A DNA stretch of 64,000 nucleotides from an uncultured Chloroflexia bacterium (GCA_963765765.1 CAVXYC010000019.1:192001-256000), one strand, 5' to 3'. Numbered from the stretch's first letter, positions 53,450 through 64,000 are shown. Made by a program: numbers and translations. The notes: generated from the sequence alone by a model not told the origin.

Positions 53450-54700
53450 CTAGAATCCCTCGGGCACGGAGACCTGGTGCTGTAGTTTGATCTCCTCGTG
53501 GCGGCGGGCGGATTCCATGATTGCCCATTGCGCTTCGGCGGTGGCCAGTCCCCAGCGGCCGTCATGCAGCATGGGCTTATCGTCGCGAATGGCATTGACC
53601 AGCTCCATGGCTTCCTCGTCCATGAAGACCATGCCTTCGCCTTTTCTTTGAGAGATGGGAATCTCCCGCAGGCCATCCTCACCGTAGAAGTACAGGCCAT
53701 CGGCTGACGCGCGGATGTCGCCCTTGTCAAAGCTCATGATGAAGACGCCCTGGTTGCCGGGTAGCCATGGGCCACCGCGACTGGTTACTACGGCTCGGCC
53801 GGTCTCCCAGGGAATCTGGGGACCGCCCTCGCCCTCAATGAGCGCTCCGAAGCGACTGGCTTCCTTGCCCTTGGACTCATCCATCTCGCCACTCAAGAGC
53901 GCCTGACGTGAACGGGCGCGAGAGCTGATGTCCTTGTCCTCTGCCCATGGCAGCAATCCGAGGGTGTCAAAAAATCCGTACGCGTTATAGGTAACGGTCG
54001 CGGGCGTGCCGTTTTCAAACTCCATCAGGGCGGTGAAATAGCCTGTGCCGTTCGGACGCTCCGGTCGCCAGGTGCCCGTCACGGCGCGCACGCTTTTTAA
54101 CTTGCCTCCGCCGATCCATCGAATCGTTTCAAGCTGGTGCGGTGCCTGTCGCCAGACGATGCCGCCGCCCTGGCTATCGTCCACTTCCTGCGGCTCGCGC
54201 GGACGCAGCATCCAGCCGGTGAAGGCCCACATATTGATCGCGCGAAGCTCGCCCAGCTCATCGTTCAGCATCATCTTGCGAATCGTCTGGATGAGCGCGT
54301 TGGTGCCCTGAGTCTGACCGCCGGCCAGGATTTTGGCGCCCGTCTTGTCAGCGGCGTCCAGCACCTTCTGGCAGTCCTCTACCGTGAGCCCAAACGGCTT
54401 GCGGACACACATGTGTTTGCCAGCCTGCGCGGCGAGGAGAGCGTGCTGCGCGTGGAACTTGTTCGGCGTGGCGATCCAGATGGCGTCCACATCAGGGTCG
54501 GCGCACAGGTCTGCCACATCCTGGTAGGTGCGTGCGCCGTCATAGCGAGCCTTGAAGGCGTCCAGGGCGTGGGGCCGATAAAGATCCGCCGCCGCGACCA
54601 GCTTGATCTCCGGCATTCTTTCGAGCGCCGGCATGAATTCCGTACACCCGAAACCGAGTCCCGCCACTGCCACGCGGAGTGGCTCTTGATTGCTTGCCAT
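53450..54700 (-). CDS. Gfo/Idh/MocA oxidoreductase (phthalate cis-dihydrodiol dehydrogenase-like)
   Basis: VAGLG, IATPNKFHA and GGGIVWRQAPHQ motifs. Confidence 0.85.
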   Translation of the reverse strand: MASNQEPLRVAVAGLGFGCTEFMPALERMPEIKLVAAADLYRPHALDAFKARYDGARTYQDVADLCADPDVDAIWIATPNKFHAQHALLAAQAGKHMCVRKPFGLTVEDCQKVLDAADKTGAKILAGGQTQGTNALIQTIRKMMLNDELGELRAINMWAFTGWMLRPREPQEVDDSQGGGIVWRQAPHQLETIRWIGGGKLKSVRAVTGTWRPERPNGTGYFTALMEFENGTPATVTYNAYGFFDTLGLLPWAEDKDISSRARSRQALLSGEMDESKGKEASRFGALIEGEGGPQIPWETGRAVVTSRGGPWLPGNQGVFIMSFDKGDIRASADGLYFYGEDGLREIPISQRKGEGMVFMDEEAMELVNAIRDDKPMLHDGRWGLATAEAQWAIMESARRHEEIKLQHQVSVPEGF

Positions 54701-54839
54701 CGCGCATGCACCTACCTTTTAGTGATCGATGAGCGCCCGTCGGCGCGCACGTCGTCCATCGTACTCGCTCATGACGGGCGCATGTAGTGAGGTTGTTAGC
54801 GGTTTACGCTCAGATTTTTGAACGGGTGCCAGACATCTC

Positions 54840-54946
54840 GTAGCGCGGTGGTGTTACGCCCCACGCCCGTAGGGATCCTGATGTCCGAAGACGATTTATC
54901 GGCCTGAGGATCCCTCGGGCGCGGGGCGCAACACCACCGCGCTACG
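54840..54946. repeat. GTAG-type REP doublet (REPIN-like)
   Basis: cgtagcgcggtggtgtt ... aacaccaccgcgctacg long inverted repeat. Confidence 0.75.
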
Positions 54947-55038
54947 GGTGGATCGATTTCGAGCAGAGGCGATCCAGTGAATCCCTAAAGCGCTCACTAC
55001 ATGCACTGGGCACGCGATCACAGGACGGGTTGACGGTT

Positions 55039-56513
55039 CTAGGGCAGGGGAGAGCCGAGGGCGATGGTCAAGACCTGACTTCGGTGGCCTTCGCCGATAT
55101 TGTTGCCGCTCTTATCGAATTTGCCCACGTCGAAATCGTTGTCGTTGGCCACCATGATGGTTGATCTGTCCAGGAGCACAACGCTTTCGATCTTTTCAGG
55201 CACCTTGCCAATGGTGGAGAGGTCGAGCACGAGCGACTTTGAGAGCACCTGCACACCCGTGGTGCTCAAGTCGCGGATAGTTTCAATGCTGGGTCGCCGA
55301 TTCGGATCGTCCCATACTGTCCCGAGCACGTTCGTTGCAGGGCGAAGATCGACTCGGTAGATTTTGGCAACCTTGTCCGTTCGTTCGAGCACGAGCAGGC
55401 TGTCGTTTCCGGCGGAGGCGAGCGCTGAGATCCTCATCTCTTCCGGCTCGTTCTTTACAGACGGATCGAAGTCGGCCACCAGCTCCAGACGGTACACGTA
55501 CTCGGCGGTGGTGCGCTCTGTTGCAATGTCAAACGCGAGAATCCGAGTGTTTCGAGGGTAGAAATCGTTCTTGCCCGTATTCGAGAGCGCGCTCTGGGTG
55601 GCGAGATAGATGGTTCGACCATCATCACTGATCGCGATTCCCTCGAAGCCGCGATTGTCAGCACGCTGGCCGAAAATACTCGGTAGGGTTTCCACTACCG
55701 GATAGTCAGCGTCCTGGAGGCGAAGACCCTCTGGTGTAAAGCGTTTCTGGACCTTTCCGCCGGCGCCCACGCGAACCAGGGATGGTCCATATTCATCCGC
55801 CAGCCAGAATTCCCCGGATGGCGCACGCACAATGCCCTCCGTATCGATACCGGAAGGATTGAAGGGCAGTGGTCGTTCGCCGGTGTAGTCGTAGAGCGGC
55901 TCGTTGTGCTTCTCCAGATTCGGAAGGCCGGTCACCGGACGACCAGACTGGCCGACGATCGGGACGACATCCATGACGGCGATATTGGGCCCATCGACTC
56001 GAGCGTGAATCATTATGGGCGTGTAAGAGTCAATTGGGTAAGTCCGGCGATCCTTCCCGTCTATTCTGGCGCGCCCGTTCGGCCCGCGGTCGGTGATCAT
56101 CCAAAGCTCGTTGGGTGGATCGACGGGGGAATGCCACAGATCGCTGCCCACGCCGCCCACCATGAGTTTGTGATCGTTGTCAATGAGTCCTGGAAAGACG
56201 TCGTTCAGTACTTTCCCGATGGGCAAGTCAGGAAACGTCGCGGTCTGTACGAGCCGCGGTTTCGACTCAGCCGGGGATTGAATCGGTTCGCCTCTTTGCG
56301 CCGGCCTGTCTCTGTGGTGGGTGCGGGCTGGGGTTGCGCGGTGGCCGGCGGGCTCGCGCCCGCCCTCGGTGCAGTCCGTGACGAGGCGGCTGTGGGCTCG
56401 GGCGGAGTTTGGGTTGGCGCGGTGGTTGAAGATTGCGCAGTGCAGGCAGTCAATCCAACGATCATGACCGTTGCGAGGAGATGCGCGCCGCGCGAAACGG
56501 ACTTGCTATTCAT
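55039..56513 (-). CDS. Esterase-like activity of phytase family lipoprotein, frameshifted near 56230-56290
   Basis: LTAC lipobox in ORF 56205..56594; TDRGPN, DTEGI, DEYGPS, NRGFEGI and NDNDF motifs. Confidence 0.85.
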
Positions 56514-56660
56514 GGGATTCGGTTCGGCAAATCGATTAAAAGCACTGATAGTCCCAGCCTGGCTGATACATATCTGAACGAATGCCAATGGCATTCCGGG
56601 AACTAAGTGCTGGCAAAGGCGGTCTCACCTCGGGGCCTATGTCGATGCGTCGTCGACCTA

Positions 56661-56706
56661 AAGAGAGAAAGGGCCAGGGGATTGTGTCCCCTGGCCCTTT
56701 CTTTTT
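56661..56706. terminator. Intrinsic (possibly bidirectional) terminator downstream of the zinc-ribbon gene
   Basis: gaaagggccagggga-loop-tcccctggccctttc followed by a T-run. Confidence 0.8.
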
Positions 56707-56732
56707 CGAGTACTGATACTCTGGTGCGCGAT

Positions 56733-57095
56733 TTAGCGGTATGAGCCTCGCTGCTTGGAGAAGCAGTCTGAGCAATAAACGGGCTTGTCACCGCGCGGCT
56801 GGAAAGGCACGCGGGCTTCATTGCCACAGTCTGAGCATACGGCGGAGTACATCTGTCGCTCGGAGCGACCATATCCGCCGCCGCCACCACCACTGCTGTA
56901 GCCGCCAGAGCTATAGCCACCGGAGCTATAGCCACCGGTGTCGCCCCGGGAAGCCTTTCGGGCCGCACGACAATCGGGACATCGGGAGGGCTCGTTATTG
57001 AAGCCCTTCATCGCGTGGAACTCTTGTTCCCCGCTCGTGAATACAAATGCCTGTCCGCAATCGCGGCAGGAGAGGGTCTTGTCGGCGTAGGTCAC
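56733..57095 (-). CDS. Double zinc-ribbon protein (zf-trcl + CxxC-x17-CxxC)
   Basis: DKTLSCRDCG...EQEF...PSRCPDCR; Gly/Ser/Tyr linker; CSDCG...VPFQP...VYCSDCF; AGGAG RBS with GTG start. Confidence 0.93.
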   Translation of the reverse strand: MTYADKTLSCRDCGQAFVFTSGEQEFHAMKGFNNEPSRCPDCRAARKASRGDTGGYSSGGYSSGGYSSGGGGGGYGRSERQMYSAVCSDCGNEARVPFQPRGDKPVYCSDCFSKQRGSYR

Positions 57096-57543
57096 GCTGA
57101 CTCCTATACGTGGGCTTGGTGGTTCCGTCAGCGCGAGTCTACACGGGGAACAGGAGCGGCCAATGGTTGCCGCGGCGTAATCCCGACCAGTTGGCCGTCC
57201 TGCGAAACTATCCAGCGGTACAAGTATACGCGATAACCACCAAGTTTTCATGCAACCTTCATGCAAAGTTGCCCGGAATCTTGTCCAGATGGCGGGTATT
57301 GGCCTAGAAATGGCATTCGAGCGGTTCAAAAGCTAGTCTCGGTAGGTCATCGGTCAGTACGCTTCTCACCATATTTACGCGGCTCCGCGGTGTGAGCCCC
57401 GCGCCTGGACAGCCTCAGAGACGGCACGTAAGCTGCTCAACGCGCCGCTTCCGCGACCGTCGCGATGTGAGATTCGGCCTCAGTTCAATCGTATGCGAGC
57501 ACATAATCCGTCACGGAAGCAGGAGGATAGGTTGTTGGAATCA

Positions 57544-57759
57544 ATGGTTGGGAGTCGCCGCACATGGCGACGAGCAGTTGCTGGCGCGGCGCTTTTGGCC
57601 TTGCCAGTCCTGATGGCCTGCCAATCGTCCGCTCCTACAGCGTCGCCAACTACAAAGCCTGTGGCCGCGACCTCTGCGCCCCCGTCTCCCGCGCCGTCTC
57701 CGGCGGCTTCCCCTGTTGCTTCTCCGGCCGCTTCCCCCATCGCGCCGGCTCCCCGCTAG
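57544..57759 (+). CDS. Small Pro/Ala/Ser-rich lipoprotein
   Basis: RR-containing N-region, LMAC lipobox, SPAASP repeats. Confidence 0.6.
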   Translation: MVGSRRTWRRAVAGAALLALPVLMACQSSAPTASPTTKPVAATSAPPSPAPSPAASPVASPAASPIAPAPR

Positions 57760-57841
57760 CCCACGGTGGCGGAGATCGGCGGCAATGTCGGATTGGGCCG
57801 CTTTCGTAAACAGGTGTGAACGAAGCACCAAGGATTTCTCC

Positions 57842-58648
57842 ATGAGCGGTATCGCCAACGTCGCGACTCAATTTCGGTTGGACGGGAAGTGTGCCCTGGT
57901 GACGGGCGCTTCCCGCGGGATAGGCCGTGGCATTGCGCTGGGGCTGGCGGAAGCCGGAGCGGACATTGCTCTGATCAGTCGCGACCGCGATGCGCTGGAG
58001 TCAAGCGCGTTGGCGGTGCGTGCCCTCGACAGACGCGCCGTTGTGCTCCCGACGGATATGTCTCGAATCGACGAAGTACGAAAGCTTCCTGATCGAGTTG
58101 AGCGTGAGCTTGGGTCCGTTGATATTCTCGTGAATGTGGCCGGTTTCAATCGCAAAACGCCGGCGCTGGAGATGACCGAGGAATCCTGGGACGATGTGCT
58201 GACAGTGAATTTACGCTCGGTCTTCTTCCTGTGCCAGGGCGTGGCGCGCCGTTGGATTGAACGAAAACGGTTTTCCGCGGAGGCTGGGGCTTCCAAGGGG
58301 AAGATCGTGAGTATCGGCAGCCTTGCGGGGGCCATCGGCTTTCCCGGCCAGGCCCAGTATGCTGCCTCCAAGGCCGGCCTGGTTGCCATGTCGCGGGTGC
58401 TCTCGTCAGAGTGGTCTCCGCATGGCATCAACGTGAACGTTGTTGCGCCGGGCTATATCGATACTGAATTGACGGCTCCAATCTGGAGAGACCACGAGCG
58501 CTCCGCCCGCGTGATGAGCCGGACGCCGGCGGGGCGTCCGGGACAAGTCTCTGAGATCGTTGGCACTGTCGTCTATCTCGCCTCGCCCGCCAGCGACTTC
58601 GTTAGCGGGCAGACGATTTTCGTGGATGGTGGCTTCCAGGCCGGCTAG
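57842..58648 (+). CDS. SDR family oxidoreductase (KduD/gluconate 5-dehydrogenase-like)
   Basis: TGASRGIG, YAASK and VDGG motifs. Confidence 0.92.
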   Translation: MSGIANVATQFRLDGKCALVTGASRGIGRGIALGLAEAGADIALISRDRDALESSALAVRALDRRAVVLPTDMSRIDEVRKLPDRVERELGSVDILVNVAGFNRKTPALEMTEESWDDVLTVNLRSVFFLCQGVARRWIERKRFSAEAGASKGKIVSIGSLAGAIGFPGQAQYAASKAGLVAMSRVLSSEWSPHGINVNVVAPGYIDTELTAPIWRDHERSARVMSRTPAGRPGQVSEIVGTVVYLASPASDFVSGQTIFVDGGFQAG

Positions 58649-59558
58649 GTGACTTCATCTTGAAACCGCAGCGTGGTGGTCTTCAAATCCTCACCGAGCT
58701 CAGTACCAGGGAAGATAGCTGTAGCCGTGGGTAAGTGATCCGCGGGACGCGAGATGGAAGCCGAATAGTGGGTGAGCCAGAGTCGGCGGGCGGACGATCT
58801 GCGGGCCAGCTCAGCCGCCTCGCTGAAAAGCATGTGTCGTCTTTCACGCGCCTTTGGCCGATCGATCTCCTGAGCGTAGTTTGCTTCGCAGATCATCAGA
58901 TCGACATCTCGAGCAAAGTCCACGATCGAATCGATTGGGTTGGTGTCAGTGATGAAGGCGAAACTTAAGCCGCGGCGGTACGAGCCCAGCACGTCGTCTG
59001 GCGCAATGGTCCGATTGCCGATGCGAACCTCCCGACCATGCTGCAGCTCCTTCCAGTGAGCCACTGGAATGCCAAGGGCCGATGCCCGTTCCGGCAGAAA
59101 TGGCCGCGCACGCTCCACACCGAACCGGTAGCCGATACATGGGACGCTGTGCTCCAACGGAAGCACGCCCACAGAAAGCTCGCCAACGCGGAATTCCGCC
59201 GGGGCCCGGACCTCGTGAACTTTCACGGTGAATGGCAGATACGGGGCGATGGAGAGAAGCGCACGCACGACGCGTCGGATACCAGGAGGCCCATAGATAT
59301 CCACGGGCTCGTCCCGGCCGCGTTGCCCAACGTCAACAGGAGCCCAGGGAGTCCTCCCACGTGGTCCCCGTGGAAGTGCGTGATGAGGATCGTGCCGAGC
59401 GCACGAAATCCCCAGCCTAGCCGCCGCATTGAGACCTGCGTCCCCTCACCGCAGTCGATAAGTGAAAGGTGGCCGTTGACTCGGAACAGAAGCGCGCTGA
59501 GGGCTCGCTCAGGCAGGGGCATTGCGCCACCGCTGCCTAGAAGACAGAGATCGATCAT
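58645..59558 (-). CDS. rnz: Ribonuclease Z, frameshifted near 59315
   Basis: [23 protein letters not shown], flexible-arm GP-like segment, CEANY and LTHYS. Confidence 0.9.
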
Positions 59559-59613
59559 TCGGCAGGAGCAATGCGGACAAACAACGTAAATCTGCCTTAA
59601 ACTTCGCACAACG

Positions 59614-59994
59614 ATGGCTGGCAAAGGAGCATACGCGCAGGACTTCGATAGGGAGCAAGTCGACCTCCAAACGCGCCGTAACGTCGAGGCACTCGCGCTC
59701 GAGGGTGAAGGGCGAACGGAAGAAGCAATCGCGCTCTACGAACAGAATATCGCTGATGGCTTTGAAGGTGATTGGCCCTACGGGCGCCTGGTCGCTTATT
59801 ACGAGCGACTCGGCCGACTGGATGATGCACAGCGAGTGCTCGAGCGCGGCATCGAAGTGTTCAATGCGTCGAAGCGTCGAACGCCGTTAGATCGTCGATC
59901 TGTGCTGCGCGCTTTCAAGGGGCGGCTCAAGCTCGTGTTGAAGCGAATGCGAGACGAAGCCAAAGCAGGGGCTCTCAAATCTCGGTCTGATTAA
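59614..59994 (+). CDS. Small TPR-like hypothetical protein
   Basis: [11 protein letters not shown] and [21 protein letters not shown] helical repeat pattern. Confidence 0.7.
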   Translation: MAGKGAYAQDFDREQVDLQTRRNVEALALEGEGRTEEAIALYEQNIADGFEGDWPYGRLVAYYERLGRLDDAQRVLERGIEVFNASKRRTPLDRRSVLRAFKGRLKLVLKRMRDEAKAGALKSRSD

Positions 59995-60030
59995 TCCGGG
60001 ACACAGGTCTGCCCTGGATACGCACCACGG

Positions 60031-60279
60031 CTAGCGTGCCGCGCCAGCCACCCCGGCTAACAAGATCACAACGCATGACCCCACAATCGACAGGGCAAGC
60101 GGCACTGCGCCGAGTAACTGCGCACCTGCAACCACGACGATGATCGATGCCGCCGCCCAGATACCGACGCTTCTCAGAACGAGTGTGCGGCGTCGACCCA
60201 GCCAACGCTGCTTCAGACTCAAAACCATCGCAAGTGCCGTGATCGCAACGCTCAGGGCCATGAAGACGATTGCCTGCAT
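60031..60279 (-). CDS. Small membrane protein (about 3 TM)
   Basis: Hydrophobic 82-aa ORF directly downstream of the ABC gene. Confidence 0.55.
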   Translation of the reverse strand: MQAIVFMALSVAITALAMVLSLKQRWLGRRRTLVLRSVGIWAAASIIVVVAGAQLLGAVPLALSIVGSCVVILLAGVAGAAR

Positions 60280-60341
60280 GTAAATCGATCAGTGGAGCGT
60301 CTGGTGGGTCAGATGAGTTGAGGTTCGCTTATCCTGCCTGA

Positions 60342-63076
60342 TCACGGTGTTCTTTCCGGAGTCCTGGCTTCGCGATCGGGATCCATTTCGGACGAACTCT
60401 GTGAGTCGTGGCCATTGGTCATCGCTGCGATGATGATCTGATTCTGATCGTCGAATAACTTTCGATAGACGCCACCATTCACCATCAGCTCGGCGTGCGT
60501 GCCCGACTCGGCAATCTCGCCACGATCCACCACGTAGATGCGGTCGGCGCGCATGGCCAGCGCAAGTCGATGGGTGATGCTAATGACAGTCTTATCACGA
60601 GTGACCTCGTCAAGCTCCTCCAGAATCTCCCGTTCCGTCTCGGCATCCAGGGCGCTAGTCGCCTCATCCAGGATGAGGATCGACGGATTGCGCAGGAGCG
60701 CTCGAGCCACGGCGATGCGTTGGCGCTGTCCACCCGAGAGCCGAGAGCCCCGCTCACCTACGAGCGTGTGGTAGCCGGATGGCAATGACATGATGAATTC
60801 ATGGATGCGGGCGCGCTTCGCCGCGGTGATGATCTCCTCGTCCGTCGCGCCCAGTTTCCCGAGACCGATGTTCTCGCGGATGGTCATGTTGAACAGGAAG
60901 GTGTCCTGGGAGACGAGACCGATCTCAGCACGGAGCGCGTGAAGCGCAATGTTTGTCGTGGGCACGCCGTCGATCCGGATCACGCCTTCTGTCGGGTCGT
61001 AAAAACGTGGAACCATGTTGACCAGGGTTGACTTTCCAGCACCGGTAGGACCGACAAATGCCACGCTGTCGCCGGCCGGTATCTCGAGGCTGACATTGCG
61101 CAAGATCTGGTCGGCACCGTTGTACGAAAACCAGACGCCGTCGAATTGGACCGTTGACGACCCTTGCCAATTCGGCCGAATGGGAGCGCGCTCCGGAGTC
61201 TCATCAAGGGGCTCGACCTCGAACTTCAGAACTTCCTCAACGCGTTGGAGGACCGCGGCCGAGAGCGCAACATACCGATAGATGTTAAGAAGCGAGTGCA
61301 TCCGGGAGATGCCACGCGTCGTTTGAGTGACGAATGCCAGGATTGTTCCGACGGTGATAATTCCGAACACCGCGAGGATCCCACCGACGAGGTAGACGAG
61401 CTTTCCAAAGAACTGGTCCACCAATTGCAGCGTCTCGGCGAAGAGTCCGGTGTAGAAGTCCGACCGGATCTCAACCCTTCTGGAGTGCTCAATTCCCGGC
61501 TCGGATCGGCGACGCAGGAATCGTTGGAGGTTGCCAATTTGAATCAGCGGGTGAGCATCCACCATCTGCTTGAGGTCTGCGTTGAGCTGGGCCAATCGTT
61601 CCTGCCGTGCGCGAGTCGCGCGCTGGAGTTTTGGTCCGAGCCACGCCGCAATCGCAATGTAGAGGGGTGAGGCGAACACGAGCACAAGTGTCAACTGCCA
61701 GGAAAGTAGGAACATTGCCCAGATGACCGCGATGAGGAAGGTAATGTGATAGATGCTGTACGAAACGATCTGAGTCATAGGGTCCGCGAGTCGCACAAGA
61801 TCGCTCAAAAATCGCGCTTGGAGATCACCTGTGGATGTGCGATTGAAGTTCGTTGCGCTCAGCCCATTGACTCGGTCGAGGTACCGTAGGCGAAAGTCCC
61901 GCAAGACGTTCTGGCCCAGGACGTTGACGTAATAAACCAAGAGAATCTGGGTACCCGCTGCGAGAAGATTTGCTCCCAGCAACGCGAGAACCAGGCGGAT
62001 GATTCGCGCCGTCTTGATGAGACGAAGCTCATCTGGGTCTTGACCGAGGAAGTGTGCAACCCCCTCCATCGCAAATCCCAAACCTGTCCAGGGTTCCTGA
62101 GTGATAGCGGGTGCATCTGGCTGCAACGCGATCGTATCGGTGATGTCCCGTATAAGAAACGGCGAGAACTGGGCAACAAAGCTGGTGACGAAGACCAGCG
62201 CCATGCACCAGGTCACTAGCTTGGGATATGGGCGGAAGTATGGTAGCGATCGTTTCAGAAAATTGAGCCAGCCAACGGTCTTCCGCCCAGTGCCCAGCTT
62301 GAGCTGAAATTCGATCCACTCAACCGTAAGACCTTCGATGTACTTGCCATAGGCCACCGCTGATGCGTAAGAGATGTCACCGCCAGCTGTTTCCCGGATG
62401 AACTCGACGCATGGCTTTGGGCCCATCGCGCGTCAGGAGATAGTCGCCAAACGATTCCGCGATGGGCCAGTAGGAGTCTTCGGTCGGTGCGTGCTGCAGG
62501 ACCACCGATCAGGCAGTCGTAGACTGGTAGCTTCCAGTCGTTCTCCCGGCCGATCTCGCGGCAGATGTCGTCCGCTCGCTGAACCTCGATAGGCCGACTG
62601 GAGAATGGCAGCCCGGGTTCGACTCGCGCGGCAATCGCTCGCGCGATGCCGCCGATGAGGAAGTCGAGCCCCTTGGGCTGGGTGAGTGCTACGGCACGTG
62701 CTGAGACATCAGCAGTCGTGCCCTCACTCTGGATCCGATACAGGATGACTCGCGCGATCTCCCGTGCAAGACCGTAGGCAGGAACGTCTCGTGTGAGTAC
62801 AACGTTCACTTCGCCGTCAATTGGATCGCTGGACGCTTCATCGGAGCCGTCCGGCTGCGACTCGCGGCAGATAATCCGGATTGGAGCTGGTTGAGTGGCC
62901 AGCCTGGACTTAAGCTGGAGCTGCTTTAGAACGGCTGAAAGCACCTGCCGGGCATGCTGCCCGAACTGCTGCCGTACACTCTCCGCGTGGGATCCCGGGA
63001 GGTAGGCGACCTCGAGATCCTTGTACTGTTCAGTCCGATAACCGGCGGGAAGCCCCCTACCACTGGATCCGTTCAC
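60342..63076 (-). CDS. ABC exporter (TMD+NBD) with N-terminal peptidase-MA-like domain; frameshift(s) near 62430-62480
   Basis: GPTGAGKST, LSGGQRQR and ILDEATSALD motifs; upstream ORF 62255..63076 is contiguous. Confidence 0.85.
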
Positions 63077-63288
63077 GAGGTCCTTTCAGCGCAAGCGTCG
63101 CCGCGTGCGAGTGCCACGAGCCGATAATACCGATAGGAATACGTCCATGCAATCGATTCCATGGTGACAGTAACGCTGTCACGTACGATTGTCCTCCATA
63201 TTGGTGATGGTTGCTCTCTCGTGCAACAATGAGCGTCCACAACGATGCTGACGTGATGACCGTGAAGGACACCGAGAAAGGAGGCTCC

Positions 63289-64000
63289 ATGAGTGATGAC
63301 GACTTAGTAACGCGCACGGATGGGCCTCTGGTATTCCATGTGCGGCCTGGGTCCTACGCTGAGGAGCGATTGGGTGGCTTGTCGGCGGCCTTCGTCGCCG
63401 CGGCAGCGCGCATCGCGGAACACTTCGGCAAACATTCCTCTGATCTGAATCCCATCCATCTCTGTTTCGTGGACGTTCCTCACTCGCACGAGGAGAGCTC
63501 CGACCCGGCGGGCACTGTCTACTGCTTGCAGATCAACTCCGAATCACCTGGCCAGCCGGCGGAGATTGTGCTCACGCCGATCGTGGCTGACCAGCTCGTC
63601 GGACCAGGACACCCGTTTGGGCGATTCTGGATCGATGGCCTGGCTGGCTATCTCGCCGCTCAAGCCGGATCCACCGAATACGCTGAGATGCCGGCCAGGG
63701 TCAACAGGATGAGGGAAGAGGGCCAGCTCCAGTCGGTGCTGGAATATATCCGTCAGCGCGCTGAGCGCCGGTCTCCTTTGGCATCCTATGTGGCCTCGGC
63801 CTTCGTCACGTATCTCATCACCTGGCGTGGCCCCGAACGATTTCAACGGCTCCTGCTCGAGGCGCGGAAGGGGAATCCCGATGCGTTTCGCAGCGCCTAT
63901 CGTCCCCCGCTGCAGGTTGTGGAAGGACAGTGGCTGCGCAAGCTAGAGGCGGCCAACCAGACAGGCGGCGGGTCGATGATTGACGCTGTACGACGAGTTG
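63289..64000 (+). CDS. Divergent paralog with peptidase-MA-like N-terminal domain, runs off the window
   Basis: AAGGAGG RBS; hand translation open to the window end; PGSYAE, FWIDGLAGYL, SAFVTYLITWRGPERF and AYRPPLQVVEGQW parallel the minus-strand gene. Confidence 0.75.
   Translation, partial: MSDDDLVTRTDGPLVFHVRPGSYAEERLGGLSAAFVAAAARIAEHFGKHSSDLNPIHLCFVDVPHSHEESSDPAGTVYCLQINSESPGQPAEIVLTPIVADQLVGPGHPFGRFWIDGLAGYLAAQAGSTEYAEMPARVNRMREEGQLQSVLEYIRQRAERRSPLASYVASAFVTYLITWRGPERFQRLLLEARKGNPDAFRSAYRPPLQVVEGQWLRKLEAANQTGGGSMIDAVRRV

Noticed and set aside
1-64000. tRNA, rRNA, tmRNA or known riboswitches
   Set aside because: No recognisable signatures by eye; a tRNAscan/Infernal run would be needed to exclude them fully.

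Overview
High-GC, gene-dense bacterial chromosomal segment. The gene repertoire looks Chloroflexota-like (inference only): amidohydrolases, a Rieske oxygenase, F420-dependent enzymes, DUF6596 ECF sigma/YciI pairs and a Tat-lipoprotein ABC binding protein. About 20 genes carry single-base frameshifts that most likely reflect uncorrected long-read indels. No rRNA, tRNA or CRISPR array was seen. Intergenic space holds many different palindromic repeat families. The most notable region is an accessory island at about 25.5-34.5 kb built around three copies of a YccF-like gene. It carries (i) a two-gene operon in which a membrane-anchored STAND/NLR-like ATPase (P-loop, TPR, TM, extracellular CARDB) and a small helical protein share the same ~26-aa N-terminal GDxSGQxAxGKxIxQ motif, a candidate amyloid-signalling receptor/effector pair; (ii) an orphan PD-(D/E)xK nuclease; (iii) a ParDE-like toxin-antitoxin pair; and (iv) a low-GC nucleotidyltransferase + DUF262 operon. 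Other notable items are a Cro-like HTH fused to inositol-3-phosphate synthase with a palindrome inside its own promoter, and two divergent proteins with a degenerate peptidase-MA-like N-terminal domain, one clearly an ABC exporter.
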